Source of the DNA: an uncultured Hormoscilla sp.
GTDB taxonomy: Bacteria > Cyanobacteriota > Cyanobacteriia > Cyanobacteriales > Desertifilaceae
Direction of reading: 5' to 3'
Assembly: GCA_963921275.4 (NCBI GenBank)
Contig: OZ001293.3
Coordinates: 6,720,001 to 6,784,000, forward strand
DNA length: 64,000 nucleotides
A program made the position numbers and the translations under genes. Each line of letters begins with the position of its first letter. Position 1 is the stretch's first letter. The notes under the pieces are model-generated. The model had not been told where the DNA came from. It worked only from the letters and a program-made list of their open reading frames with translations, and did no database searches. This document shows, piece by piece, positions 1 to 12,555 of this stretch.

Positions 1-404
1 TGGGAACTCGCCGCTGTGGCGATCGCGATCACAGATGCAACATTCTCAGGATAGCGTACTGCATAACTCAGGGCCACCATGCCACCATAGGAAGTTCCCA
101 TGAGTACGATTTTTTCTAGACCCAGGTATTGACGCAGTGCCTCCATGTCCTCTACATTGTTTTCTAAGGTATAGGTCTCTTTCGGTCCACGACCCGATCG
201 CCCCTGTCCCCGATGGTCGAAATAGACCAGTTGCAACTTATGACTGAGACGAGAAAATGTGGGTTTATAGGAACTATGGTCGGCACCGGGACCGCCGTGA
301 ATCACGAAGGCAACTGGTTTCTCTCTCATCCGAGGACCGTCTGGGACTAACCCCGCACCTTCTATATCAAAATAAATCTCTGTATCTCTGATTTTTGCTC
401 GCAT
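1..404 (-). CDS. Alpha/beta hydrolase, proline iminopeptidase-like (3' part outside window)
   Basis: Manual translation from ATG at 404: MRAKIRDTEIYFDIEG...IHGGPGADHS...FDHRGQGRS...MGTSYGGM (HGGPG and GxSxG motifs). Confidence 0.85.
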   Translation of the reverse strand, partial: MRAKIRDTEIYFDIEGAGLVPDGPRMREKPVAFVIHGGPGADHSSYKPTFSRLSHKLQLVYFDHRGQGRSGRGPKETYTLENNVEDMEALRQYLGLEKIVLMGTSYGGMVALSYAVRYPENVASVIAIATAASS

Positions 405-539
405 TTTTATTTGTTAATGATTCACTGTTCATTCCCATTATATCAAATTATGCTCAATTACTATCCTCGATCGCCTATCTATAAACCTAGTTTCTGGATA
501 GTATTGCCTTGCTTTTGATAATTTTGCATTTTGAATTGC

Positions 540-3325
540 TTAGGATTGGTTGAGATATTGCTTGACCAACTCATTAATTTCATCAACTTCAAATTCTCGA
601 GCTAATTGCATAACTTTCTCAGCAAAGGTACCATATTTGGCATCCAACTGCTTGATGCGGTTGGCTTCTTCTTCCACTCCTTCAATATACCCGATCCTGG
701 CCGCCTTGCCTAGGGCTTCTAGTTCCTCAGGTGGCGGTGCGATAATTTCTAGTATAGGCCGATCTCCCTGGACTGTATCATCCTTCTGTGCATAAATCCA
801 TTCCAGTCCCAAATGCACCCGTAACTTTTCCAAGAGGTCTGGGGCCTGGACTGGTTTGGGCAGAAAATCATTGCCACCACCAAACTTTTGTGCTTGTCAG
901 CTTCAAACACGCTAGCAGAGGAAACAATGATTAACAGATCTTGGAATTGAGGTAATTTTCGCAGGCGTTGCATCATCTGGTAGCCATCCATCACGGGCAT
1001 GGCTAAATCAGCGATCATCAAGTCGGGATTAAAGCTTGCTGCCTTCTCCAAACCCTGCTGACCATTCTCTGCTTCCATCAGTTCAAACCCGATACTCTTC
1101 AACAGATTAACTATCACGGCCCGATTTTCCCAGCGGTCATCTACGATCAGTATTTTCCGCTTGTTGCTTGTGAAGCCAATAATCTTTTCATCAGTATTAA
1201 CTGGGGCAGCAACTGTACTGTTGGCGGCCCTCGGCAAGTCCAAGTCTACCCAAAAAATGCTCCCTTTTCCGGGTTGCGATCGCACTTGTAATTTACTCCC
1301 CATGATTCTAATAATTCTCTGACTAATTGCTAATCCCAGTCCCGTCCCTTCTGACTTGCGATCGTCTTCTCCCACCTGTTCAAAGGGCAAGAAGATTTTT
1401 GCTAATTCTGTGGGGGTCATACCCACCCCCGTATCTTGGATTTTAAACCTAATTTTGTCGATCTTATCACTTTCTCTAGCTAGGAGATCGACTGATAAAT
1501 TCACCCCGCCCTTGTCAGTAAACTTAATGGCATTCCCCAGCAAATTAATCAGCACTTGTCGCAAGCGTTTTTCATCAGCATGGATGGCCGTGGGGAGTCC
1601 CGCGCCCGGTTGGTAAATAAACGAGATTTCTTTTTGCTCGGCTTTAACCCGACAGATTTGCGCTACCCCTTGGAGAAATAAGGTAAAATTAAAATCAGTA
1701 GGGTAAAGTTCTATTTTACCCGCTTCAATCTTAGATAAATCTAAAATATCATTAATCAGGGTCAGTAGGTGATTGCCGCATTGATGGATAATATTAATGC
1801 CATCTTTTTGCTTGTCCATTGCATCAGGGTCTCGTTCCAGGATTTGCGCATAACCCAAAATGCCATTCAGCGCAGTTCGTGAGACATGTTCGCCAGAGAT
1901 TCGCTTTTAGCGTGGTTCGCAGCATCCGCTACTTTCTTCGCTTCTTTCAGTTCTGCCGTCCGTTATTCTACCCGAATTTCTAGTTGTTCGTTGGTATTAA
2001 CTAGGGCGGTATTTGCCTCTTCTAGGGCAGTAAATGACTCTTGCAACTGCGATGCCATTTGGTTGAAAGAGTTGGCCAGCACGCCCAGTTCATTGATAAC
2101 GATCTCTTCTACCTCTTGGTCCAGTTCTCCATTGGCGATCGCCTGACTGGCGGTACTTAATTTCAGAATTGGTTGCGCGATCCAGCGGGAGGTAAATATT
2201 CCCAAGCCTGTAGCTATTATTAATGCTAATATACACAGACCGACGGTCAGACGAGTGTTAGCATTAATTTGCTGCATAAAGTCAGCTTCTGGAACCACCA
2301 CCACAATCAACCAGTCCAAACCATGGGGGTCTTTCAGAGGCGTTACTTGCAGGAAATGTCGCGCCCCATCTAGGTCGAAATTCAGCTGTTGGCTTGACGA
2401 TATTTGCTTGAGGTCGCCAAACTGTTTTGCTAAATAGTTGGCTGTTGCTCTAATTAACAGAGTATGGCTATTTGATGCTTTAATCCGTTCCGTCCGATCG
2501 CCATCTATGGTAAATACTGGGGATGTTGTTGACGTACTCACCAACATCCCCGATCGCTCGATAATAAAAGTCTCTCCCGAATTGCCAATTTTTAAGCTAT
2601 CAAGAAAATCATTAATTTTGTTTAATAGTAAACTGCTACCTAACACTCCTTGGAGATTGCCCACCCGATCGTAAACTGGCTGGGCCGCAGTAATTTCCAG
2701 AGTGTTGAACCTAATTTCGGTGTAAATTTCACTCCAGATGGGTTTTCCCGCTGCCACAGCAGCAATGTACCAGGGTCGCAAGCGCGGGTCTTCTTTGGTC
2801 CGGACTACCATTAACTGGATCCGATCGCCGAAGCTATTTGTGCCATAGTAATGATAAGTTTTGTTATTATCCGTTGAACTGTCTCCTACGATCGTCTCTA
2901 ATCTCCCATCCACCCGCCGTCCCGTCCCATAAAAATATCCTTCCGGGTTAATTATATAACTGTTACTGATTGATGCAAATGATTGCACCTGCTTCCCAAA
3001 GTGCCGATCGCGCACTTGTATATTTTGCAAGTCTAACTGACCGTTCTCTATTGCTTAGCATTCAACTTATTCACCAAATGGGGGTTAGCCACACAACTTT
3101 GAATGCGTTCTTGGATGCGGGCAGTAATTTCACTGCGCAGTTGCCTAGCAAGGTCGTTAACCGCTTTTTGCCCGTTCTGTAATGAAAGATACCCCACCAG
3201 TCCTACTGCCGCAAATATTTGGACGACGAAGGGCACCACTAAGATCGCAGCGGTACTTGCTTTAACCCCACTTTTTTGGTTAACATTTTTAACACCCCGA
3301 CTAATTGCTGATTGCTCACTGACAT
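540..3325 (-). pseudogene. Hybrid sensor histidine kinase (Cache-HAMP-HisKA-HATPase-REC) split by stops and frameshifts
   Basis: Consecutive ORFs 3048-3239, 1963-3030, 749-1858 and 540-833 carry Cache (RPWY...WS), HAMP (ELGVLANSFNQM), N-box (RLRQVLINLLGNAIKFT), GTGLGL and REC (ILIVDD...DLAMPVMDG). Start approximate. Confidence 0.85.
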
Positions 3326-3328
3326 TAG

Positions 3329-5305
3329 CTAATTGTGAATCGTACCATCAGGCATAGTTGCTCCAGTCAGAATCGCCTGGTGCCGATCGACTGAGGATAT
3401 AATCGCATTTCTCAGACTAGCATAACTGAGGTTTGCCCCCGTGAGAATCGTCCCTTGTAAATCACTCCCCCACAAATATGCTTCCCTGAGACTGGTGCCG
3501 CTCAGATTGGCCTCGCACACAAATTCATGTTCGCCCCAGTCAAATCTGCCTCAGTTAAATCTGCTGCCGTTAAGTCTACCTTAGACAAGTTTGCCTGACA
3601 AAAACTCGCTTTACCGAGGGATGTCCCCATCAGATTAGCAGCTCGCAGGTTAGCCAGATCGCAGATTGCCAGACGCATCTGAGTCCCACTCAAGTTCGCC
3701 GACGTCAGGTTCGTCCCCATCAGGTTAGCACCACTAAGTTTCGCCTCAGACAAGTCCACTCCATCCAGATGCCATTCAGGTCAACTCCATTCATGTATGC
3801 TTCATCCAGTTTAACACCATTCAGCTGGGGTGTGGTCATAAGTAGTTGATAGCCGGGTGCATCTCAGAGACATATATATAGCCCCGCGCAGGCGGGCGAA
3901 GGTTCATGTAGCCCCACCCTTTGGGGGCGGCTACGATGTCCTCCAGGCATCGAAGTGCGTCCTCCAGACATCAAGCTCCCAGGAGACATCGAGCTCCCCC
4001 GAGACATCGAGCTGGACCGGGGACATCGAGCGCGCTTTAGACATCGAAGCCAAGGCGATCGCCCCTTAACGATAGATATATTTGATCATGGAATAACTCA
4101 GTCATGCCCCTCTGTGACTGAGTTATTTTTTGGAGTGACTGAGTTATTCCTTGGGGTAATTGTTCAGTTCCTGAAGTAACTGTTCAGTTCCTGGAGTAAC
4201 TGGGTCATGCCACCGAGTACGAGAGTCATGCCCTGGCGGCACCAAGCTTTGCTTTGACTTGAAACAATGTTACCAAGGGCGATCCGAGTCACTCTCAGGC
4301 CGGAAAAAGTCTCTCCAAGGCCGGAGTCAAATCCGTTCGCGCAGCGTGGCGCAGCCATTCGCGCAGCGTGGCGCAGCCATGGCCAGAGTGAATATTCCGG
4401 CTGGACTGAGTGAGGACAAAACAAAATTTAGCTAGGTCGTCACTGACAGATGTTGTAAAGTGGCCATTTTGCTCTAACTGGCGTTTGGGGATGGGTGTGG
4501 TCAAAACTCGTTGGTACTCGGCCTCGCCGCCCGAACCCTAAAGGGTCCGGCTACATGAACAAAGCAATTGTCGCTCGCGAGCGCAGAGGAGATGCACTCG
4601 CGCTCTGAGCACTACCCCTCGCGCATCGTGGCAACCTTCCTGCGATGTCTCCTGTGTGCCGTATCCCTTGCGGGAGCGCGCAGCGCAATCGCGTAGCGTG
4701 GCGTAGCCATGTCCCCTGGGACTTAAGCTCTGGCAGAGATATCGAAGCGGGCTATATTACATGCATCTAAGATGCGGCTATCAACTACTTGTGACCGCAC
4801 CCTTCAGCTGTGCCCCCCGAAGCAATGCCCCACTCAACCTCGATCCCGACAAATTTGTCCAGCTCAAGTTGGCCCCTCTCAAATCAGCAGCACGCAGGTT
4901 AATTCCACTCAAGTATGCACCGCAAAGATTAACACCCTGCAAACAGGCCCCATATAGACTGACCCAAGTGAGAATAGCACCAGTAAGTTTAGCTCCACTC
5001 AAGTCTACTCTGGCCATGTTTGCCCCTTTCAGGTTCGCTTTCGTCAAGTCAGCTTTCTGCAAATTAGCACCTTTGAGCTTGACATAATTCAGGTTAGCTG
5101 CATAGATAAAAGCCCCAGTTAAGTTTGCCCCTTCCAGCATAGCTCTGCTCAGGTCAGATCTTGCCAGAGATGCCCCGCTCAAATTAGCCCCATTCAGGTT
5201 AATTCCTTTCAGGTTCGCCCCTATTAAGTTTGCCCCTGCCAGATCCGCCCCCGTCAAACTTCTCTGGCCCTCTGTATATAGCTCTATCAGTTCATCAGCA
5301 TTCAT
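3329..5305 (-). pseudogene. Pentapeptide-repeat protein interrupted by a 975-bp TIR element and frameshifted
   Basis: MNADELIELY start at 5305; A(D/N)LxG repeats continue across the insertion (LRGAQL|NGVKLDEA); ends GATMPDGTIHN. Confidence 0.85.
3828..4802. mobile_element. Non-autonomous composite TIR element (975 bp)
   Basis: 27-bp imperfect TIRs GGGTGTGGTCATAAGTAGTTGATAGCC / GGCTATCAACTACTTGTGACCGCACCC; 8-bp TSD TTCAGCTG (3820-3827, 4803-4810); no transposase; interior is a mosaic of short repeats. Confidence 0.85.
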
Positions 5306-5387
5306 CTCATTACCCTCAACTAGGTAAAAAGGCCGAGATATCCTCATCGGCAGCCAACAGACTGAAGGAGGCAACCTAATTCCTCAT

Positions 5388-7969
5388 CTACTCATGCTTG
5401 CTACCATCAGGCATGATTGCCCCTTTCAGAGTTGCATTCCGCAGGTTAGCTCTACTCAAGTTAGCATCTATCAGCATCGCCCCATTCAGCATAGCATCAG
5501 TTAGGTTAGACCAGCTAAGTTTTGCCTGATACAAGTTGGCCGATCGCATGTCTGCTTCCCGTAGCACTGTCCAACTGGCATTTACCCGCCGCATGTTAGC
5601 CTTATAGAATATCGTCCCTTTCAGGTTGGATGGGGTCGAGCCGGGAATCGCTTCCCGACCCTCCCTTGAGGAACCGGACTTGCGATTTTCACCGCATCCG
5701 GCTACTGGGTACTAGGCCCTTTTCATAGGTAGACTTAATAGGAATTACTTCCGTTAGCCCTTGCCGCCTGTCTTTTCTTCCCTTTCCTGGTTTAGCGAGT
5801 GGTTGTTCTGATAACCGTTAGTATCACCATTTTCAAGTCAGTTTTACCAGTTATCCATACCTTATCCTCCACTTGCGTTTCGGATTAGTTCCGTGGCTTT
5901 TTAGGATTACTCATTCCAGCAGCTTCCTAGTATCACCGACCCACGTCAGCGCTGGCTACCCAGCATCATCTACATTACTGTAGATGTTATCCCAGGAATT
6001 ACCCCGGGCATTCGCTTCTTGGGCCATCCCTCCCCCCGTGGCTTGCGCTTAACATCTAACTTGTCCTGATGGACAGCACACGAGAGGTTACTTCGTTCCC
6101 TAACAACATTTCGCGATACCTTTAGGTCCACACTATACCCCGGGAGCTATTTGAGTACTATATTAGCCAGAGTCTAAAACTAATACTAGCTACCATTTCC
6201 TTTTTAGGCCAGCGCATATAGCCTTATTTCGCTGGTTCCTTATAACGAGGCTTGCACATGTTTGCCTGCTCTAACCTTGGATATCTTTCCTAGCGGCGTC
6301 ACCGGCTTAGGCTGCCAGTTATCCTACATTTGAGTCCTCGCTTAGCACCACGATGATGTCGCTTCGTAGCACCGAGGACCGGTGTCACCCCCGTACCTGG
6401 GGGGAGGGGAATTTAACCCCCATGCGGTCAGAGTTCCCGGCTAATGAAACCGGGCTAGCGTTCCGTGTTTGACCACGTTAGGCTAGAACGAATCGCACAG
6501 ATCCACTCAGGTTAGCAAAGCTCAAGTCGGCGCGACTGAGGTTAGCGGACTCCAGACTTGCCCCAATCAATATAGCATTCGTCAGGTTCGCCCCCTCTAA
6601 GTTAGCCAGACTTACGAAACTGTAAGTCTGGTTCGCCCCCTCTAAGTTAGCCCGCATTAGGGATGTCTGAAGCAGTCGCGATCTGATCAGGGTAGCATGG
6701 CGCAGATTAGCATCGGACAGTTCGATCCCGCCCAGGTTAGTTTCGCTCATGTTAGTCTGAGAGAGGTCAGCCTTCGAGAAGTCAGCTTCACTGAAATTAG
6801 CGCCACGCAAATTGCTGCCCGCTAGATCTGCTGCCATCAACTTGGCTTTACTCAAGTTTGTGCCAATTAGGTTAGCATCTTGCAATATCGCCTCAGACAG
6901 GTTGGATGGGGTCGAGCCGGGAATCGCTTCCCGACCCTCCCTTGAGGAACCGGACTTGCGATTTTCACCGCATCCGGCTACTGGGTACTAGGCCCTTTTC
7001 ATAGGTAGACTTAATAGGAATTACTTCCGTTAGCCCTTGCCGCCTGTCTTTTCTTCCCTTTCCTGGTTTAGCGAGTGGTTGTTCTGATAACCGTTAGTAT
7101 CACCATTTTCAAGTCAGTTTTACCAGTTATCCATACCTTATCCTCCACTTGCGTTTCGGATTAGTTCCGTGGCTTTTTAGGATTACTCATTCCAGCAGCT
7201 TCCTAGTATCACCGACCCACGTCAGCGCTGGCTACCCAGCATCATCTACATTACTGTAGATGTTATCCCAGGAATTACCCCGGGCATTCGCTTCTTGGGC
7301 CATCCCTCCCCCCGTGGCTTGCGCTTAACATCTAACTTGTCCTGATGGACAGCACACGAGAGGTTACTTCGTTCCCTAACAACATTTCGCGATACCTTTA
7401 GGTCCACACTATACCCCGGGAGCTATTTGAGTACTATATTAGCCAGAGTCTAAAACTAATACTAGCTACCATTTCCTTTTTAGGCCAGCGCATATAGCCT
7501 TATTTCGCTGGTTCCTTATAACGAGGCTTGCACATGTTTGCCTGCTCTAACCTTGGATATCTTTCCTAGCGGCGTCACCGGCTTAGGCTGCCAGTTATCC
7601 TACATTTGAGTCCTCGCTTAGCACCACGATGATGTCGCTTTGTAGCACCGAGGACCGGTGTCACCCCCGTACCTGGGGGGAGGGGAATTTAACCCCCATG
7701 CGGTCAGAGTTCCCGGCTAATGAAACCGGGCTAGCGTTCCGTGTTTGACCACGTTAGGCTAGAACGAATCGCACAGCACCAGTCAGGTTAGCTTCCCGTA
7801 GGTTCGCCCCCTTCAGGTTAGCGTCACTCAGGTTGACTTCCGTCATCTCCGCTTCCCGCAGGTTAACCTCCACTAGGTCAAGACCCCCCATAAAGGCCCC
7901 AGAAAGTTTCACCTTGCGAAAATCTCTTTCCCCTGCATCATATCGCTTTTTTAGTTCCTTCGCGTTCAT
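5388..7969 (-). CDS. Pentapeptide-repeat protein with two group II introns; exons 7775-7969, 6499-6903, 5388-5627 (about 279 aa spliced)
   Basis: Removing both 871-nt inserts gives an open frame with unbroken pentapeptide register: ANLTG A|NLSE AILQD and ANLSG S|NLKG TIFYK. Confidence 0.9.
5628..6498 (-). mobile_element. ORF-less group II intron, copy 1 (871 nt)
   Basis: 5' GTGCG; domain V TAGCCGGATGCGGTGAAAATCGCAAGTCCGGTTC with AGC triad and GAAA loop; domain VI hairpin with bulged A; no RT ORF. Confidence 0.95.
6904..7774 (-). mobile_element. ORF-less group II intron, copy 2 (871 nt)
   Basis: Matches copy 1 apart from one substitution I noticed (gcttt vs gcttc near 7641); same boundaries. 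Confidence 0.95.
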
Positions 7970-8010
7970 AATTATCTCTGTCATAATCATAGATGCACTT
8001 TCCTGATTTT

Positions 8011-8048
8011 GTTAGTTGTCAGTTGTCAGTTGTTAGTTGTCAGTTGTC
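8011..8048. repeat. Heptamer tandem repeat (GTCAGTT/GTTAGTT), STRR-like
   Basis: Direct inspection; related heptamer runs at about 26535-26587 (ATTGTCA/ATTGCTA) and 62025-62090 (ACTGACC). Confidence 0.7.
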
Positions 8049-8249
8049 AAGGTTTTCATTTTTTATTTGTACCAGACACGGGACCGTAAAATGGCAAAAG
8101 TAGTCAAACAAACATCTATTACTTTGACATATATATAATACAGCGTTTTTCACCCTACTAGCTTGAGAAACGCTATAGTATAGGTGATTAAATCTGCATG
8201 TTGGGGTCAGAACTAGACTTAGGGTTGATAGCATTAAAGGAGAACGCCA

Positions 8250-9926
8250 ATGGAGTTGAACAAAAGAAGCAAAGTCGTAACCCAGGGAGTGCAGCGATCG
8301 CCCAACCGGGCCATGCTACGGGCAGTAGGGTTTGGGGATGACGATTTCACGAAGCCGATCGTAGGCATTGCCAATGGTTATAGCACAATTACGCCTTGCA
8401 ATATGGGGCTAAACGATCTGGCAGTCCGAGCGGAAGCGGGTGCGCGAGCTGCCGGTGCTATGCCGCAGATGTTCGGTACGATCACGGTCAGCGACGGGAT
8501 CTCGATGGGGACTGAGGGGATGAAATATTCCCTGGTGTCCCGGGAGGTGATCGCAGATGCCATTGAAACGGCCTGCAATGGCCAGAGTATGGATGGGGTA
8601 CTGGCGATCGGGGGTTGCGATAAGAATATGCCGGGGGCGATGATAGCGATCGCCAGGATGAACATTCCGGGGATATTCGTTTACGGCGGTACGATCAAAC
8701 CGGGAAATTACGAAGGACGGGACTTAACCGTTGTCAGCGCCTTTGAAGCAGTCGGAGCATACAGCGGTGGTAAGATCGATCTGGCGGAACTGACGGGAGT
8801 GGAACGGAATGCCTGTCCCGGTGCCGGGGCCTGTGGGGGCATGTTTACAGCTAATACCATGTCTTCGGCCTTTGAAGCAATGGGTATGAGTTTGCCCTAT
8901 TCTTCGACAATGTCCGCTGAGGATGCGGAAAAAGCTGATAGTACGGAAAAATCTGCTTTTGCCCTGGTCGAAGCAATTCGCAATCAGATTCTACCAAGTC
9001 AGATTCTCACCCGCAAGGCATTTGAGAATGCTATTTCTGTAATTATGGCCGTGGGCGGATCCACAAATGCGGTGCTGCACCTGCTGGCGATCGCCTCAGC
9101 AGCGGGGGTAGACTTAACCCTGTCGGACTTTGAAACCATTCGCGATCGAGTCCCAGTGCTGTGTGACTTAAAACCCTCTGGTCGATACGTGACTGTTAAC
9201 TTGCACCAAGCAGGCGGCATTCCCCAGGTAATGAAAATGCTGCTAGCACATGACCTGTTACATGGTGACGCCCTGACGATTACAGGCAAGACTATTGCTG
9301 AAGTTTTAGCAGATGTACCCGCAGAACCTCCAGGGAACCAAGATGTGATTCGTCCCTGGGATAATCCGATATACGATCGAGGACATTTGGTGATTCTGCG
9401 AGGAAATTTAGCTACTGAAGGTGGGGTGGCGAAAATCAGTGGAGTCAAGAAGCCCAAAATTACTGGTCCAGCGCGGGTATTTGAATCGGAGGAAGCTTGT
9501 TTAGAAGCAATTCTAGCAAAGAAAATTAAAGCAGGAGACGTGATTGTCGTCCGCTATGAAGGGCCCAAGGGCGGTCCGGGAATGCGGGAAATGCTAGCTC
9601 CCACTTCCGCTATTATTGGAGCTGGATTGGGTGATTCTGTGGGATTAATTACCGATGGGCGTTTCTCTGGCGGGACTTACGGTATGGTCGTGGGTCACGT
9701 GGCACCAGAAGCAGCAGTCGGAGGAGCGATCGCCCTTGTAGAAGAAGGGGACAGCATTACAATTGACGCCCCAGGAAGGTTATTGCAACTGGAAGTATCT
9801 GACGAAGAATTAGCACGACGCCGTGCCAACTGGCAACCAAAACCACCCCGTTACACGAAAGGAGTACTGGCAAAATATGCTAAGTTAGTATCTTCTAGCA
9901 GTGTCGGCGCGGTGACAGACAGTTAA
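8250..9926 (+). CDS. ilvD: Dihydroxy-acid dehydratase
   Basis: 558 aa; [44 protein letters not shown] motifs; RBS AAGGAG. Confidence 0.97.
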   Translation: MELNKRSKVVTQGVQRSPNRAMLRAVGFGDDDFTKPIVGIANGYSTITPCNMGLNDLAVRAEAGARAAGAMPQMFGTITVSDGISMGTEGMKYSLVSREVIADAIETACNGQSMDGVLAIGGCDKNMPGAMIAIARMNIPGIFVYGGTIKPGNYEGRDLTVVSAFEAVGAYSGGKIDLAELTGVERNACPGAGACGGMFTANTMSSAFEAMGMSLPYSSTMSAEDAEKADSTEKSAFALVEAIRNQILPSQILTRKAFENAISVIMAVGGSTNAVLHLLAIASAAGVDLTLSDFETIRDRVPVLCDLKPSGRYVTVNLHQAGGIPQVMKMLLAHDLLHGDALTITGKTIAEVLADVPAEPPGNQDVIRPWDNPIYDRGHLVILRGNLATEGGVAKISGVKKPKITGPARVFESEEACLEAILAKKIKAGDVIVVRYEGPKGGPGMREMLAPTSAIIGAGLGDSVGLITDGRFSGGTYGMVVGHVAPEAAVGGAIALVEEGDSITIDAPGRLLQLEVSDEELARRRANWQPKPPRYTKGVLAKYAKLVSSSSVGAVTDS

Positions 9927-9940
9927 CAGCGATCGGTAAC

Positions 9941-9963
9941 AAAAAGCCCGCCCAGGCGGGCTA
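9941..9963 (+). terminator. Short hairpin AGCCCGCC-CA-GGCGGGCT after ilvD (REP-like or terminator)
   Basis: Inverted repeat; the same GCCCGC..GCGGGC motif recurs inside the MITEs. Confidence 0.4.
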
Positions 9964-10042
9964 TATTACTTGCATTAAGATGCTCTCAGGGAAGATCGCC
10001 ACAGTTTTGTCCGATATATCCGAACAATCGTAATAATATAAT

Positions 10043-10161
10043 TGGCGTTGCACGGGGGATGATAGCATATGCATGCACACGCTACGCTACTGAAAGTGAC
10101 TTATACTCTAGCTTTCAAACATTTGCAAAATTCCCATCATCGGTGTGATTGTGCAACGCCA
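10043..10161. mobile_element. MITE with TGGCGTTGCAC/GTGCAACGCCA ends
   Basis: Perfect 11-bp TIR; related element at 13843-13988. Confidence 0.55.
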
Positions 10162-10187
10162 TTCAATTATCCAGCACAGATTAGACT

Positions 10188-11464
10188 ATGCAGTTCTCCA
10201 CATCACAAAAGGATCGTCCTTTTTCCTTTGCAGCAGCTTACGGCCACCCAGGAGACCTCAAGCAAAAGGACCGCAAGGGTTCTCGCAAGCAAGTTGGTAT
10301 TATCGGCGGTGGTATTGCAGGACTCACCAGTGCCTATGAATTAAGTCAACTCGGTCACGATGTTACCATTCTCGAAGCGTCCGATCGCCTGGGGGGGCGC
10401 TCTTAAAGGAGTTGGTAGATACCCTCTCCGACTGGGAAAAGTGGGAGATGTTCTCCCCCTCCTTTACCAGTTCCCAGCTCAAGCAGTACGATCGGATGAC
10501 TTTTACTCAGTTTTTTCGCGATCGCCTCTCCCGTGATGCCTTTGAACTGGTGGGCCACGCTACGGGGATGATTCATTACGATCGGGTTTCTCTCTTAGGC
10601 GGATTAATTGACTTCTTTGCTTGGTATCGGGCCGAACAATACCAGCTTGTCGGCGGCATGGAAACTTTAGTGAAGGCTTTTGGACAGCGTTTGCCCGGGA
10701 AAGTCCAGTATAATGCTAAGGTAAATCTAATTGTGATGACCGACAGGGGAGTTCACCTTCGTTGGGACAATTTGGATAGCCCCAAAGAACAAGAGTTCGA
10801 CTATGTTATCTGCACCGTTCCCACTACCGCTTTAGCACGAATAGAATTCGATCCTTCTCTCCCAGAAGATCAAATGCAGGCTATTCGCGGTCTTGGTTAC
10901 AGCAATGCGGCTAAAACTATCTTTCACTGTACGGCCCGCCCTTGGGAACTTGACGATAATATCTATGGTGGGGGTAGCTTTACAGACTTACCCATGGAAA
11001 AATGCTGGTATCCTTCCGATAATGCTATCTTAGCTGACGAGGGGGCAGAAAATCCCCGTTGGGTGGCGCGAGACCCGGAACTTTCCCATCAACCGACTGC
11101 TTTTACCGCTGCTTACCGTTGGGAAAGTAATGCCCGGCATTTTCTCTCCCTTGAAGAAGGTAAACGAACTGAGGAGACTTTGAAGGAGGTGAAGCAACTG
11201 CATGGGCAGATAGACAAATATGTTGATGATGTGGTTCATTGTATTTGGGATGAAGAGGCTAAACCCGGTTCTGGGGCTTATGCTTTTTTTGCTCCCGGGG
11301 AACACGAACGCTATCAAGGACCGCTGTGTCAGCCTTATCCTGTAGAAAAGCCTCGCGTCTTTTTTGCAGGTGAACATTTGGGTCTCAACCATGCTTCGGT
11401 TCAGGCGGCCATTCAAACTGCAGTTGCAGCCGTTATTGAGGTTCTGGGAGGGCCAGTTTATTAG
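10188..11464 (+). pseudogene. Flavin monoamine oxidase / L-amino-acid oxidase family, broken after the FAD-binding N-terminus
   Basis: [17 protein letters not shown]...EASDRLGGR then stop; downstream ORF has GGMETLV, DYVICTVP, FFAGEH; the join looks like an internal deletion. Confidence 0.8.
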
Positions 11465-11568
11465 AAGCAGTTAAAATAGATGACTGAAGTTGGCAGCTGT
11501 TCTGAAGAAGAGAGAGCGTGCAACTGGTCCGCAGTTTGTTAACATTAGATAGTGATGAATGAGTTGAG

Positions 11569-12555
11569 ATGATCGATAAATTGACAAGATTCCAGCAATC
11601 TTTTTTCGCTGAGCCAAAGAAAAGGGCGCTCGCTGTTCTAGCGAGCGGTGTATTTGCTTTGTCATTTATGCCAATCCTTGTCCGGTTAGGAGAGAGAGAA
11701 ATTAGCCCCACTGCTGTCATCTTTGACCGCTTTTGGATTTGTACTATTATCTTGGGGTTGTGGAATGGACTGCTAACCGTAAGGCACAAGCGCCCCAAAG
11801 ATGTAGCCAACCAATACCTATATAGCAATCGGACGCTTGGACTATTGCTTGGAGGCGGAATCTGTTTTACGGCTGGACAATTGATATGGGCATGGTCGCT
11901 GACTCAGACAAGCATTGCCAACTCATCACTCCTGCACAGTTTTATACCCTTATTCGCGACTTTAGGAGGGTGGCTATTTTTTGCTCAGAACTTCGATCGC
12001 AGATTTATTATTGGCATGATAGTTGCTATTATCGGCTCCATAATTCTTGGATTTGACGACTTACTATATCAGACTGACAAAATACAAGGGGACACAATTG
12101 CTTTAATTTCTACGTTGTTTTTTACTACCTATTTACTTCTAGTTGAACGAATCAGAGATCATTTCAAGCTCGTAACAATCATTTTCTACTATTGCGCGAT
12201 CGGTATTGTGATGCTTATACCTTTTGTCTTGATAAGTAACGAACCGATTTTACCATCTTCTTTGAGTGGATGGTTAGTACTCATCGGTCTAGCTGTAAAT
12301 CTCTTGTTAGTTTATATAACTACAGCATATACACTGAAGTGGTTATCATCTGCACTGGTTACCGTCGTCTTGCTGATCGACCCAGTTTTGAGTGTTATCT
12401 TGGCTTGGGTCATCTTTTCTGAAGCACTAGATTTCTGGAATTTAGTCGCTTTTCTTGTAGTTTTGTTTGGTATATACTTAGTAACAACGAGCGAATCTGT
12501 CATTAAAGATAAAGATGAAGCAGAAGCATCAATGCTCATTCGAGATAAGGTTTAA
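11569..12555 (+). CDS. DMT/EamA family transporter
   Basis: 328 aa, about 10 hydrophobic segments in two EamA-like halves (TSIANSSLL, LLIDPVLSVILAWVIFSE). Confidence 0.88.
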   Translation: MIDKLTRFQQSFFAEPKKRALAVLASGVFALSFMPILVRLGEREISPTAVIFDRFWICTIILGLWNGLLTVRHKRPKDVANQYLYSNRTLGLLLGGGICFTAGQLIWAWSLTQTSIANSSLLHSFIPLFATLGGWLFFAQNFDRRFIIGMIVAIIGSIILGFDDLLYQTDKIQGDTIALISTLFFTTYLLLVERIRDHFKLVTIIFYYCAIGIVMLIPFVLISNEPILPSSLSGWLVLIGLAVNLLLVYITTAYTLKWLSSALVTVVLLIDPVLSVILAWVIFSEALDFWNLVAFLVVLFGIYLVTTSESVIKDKDEAEASMLIRDKV

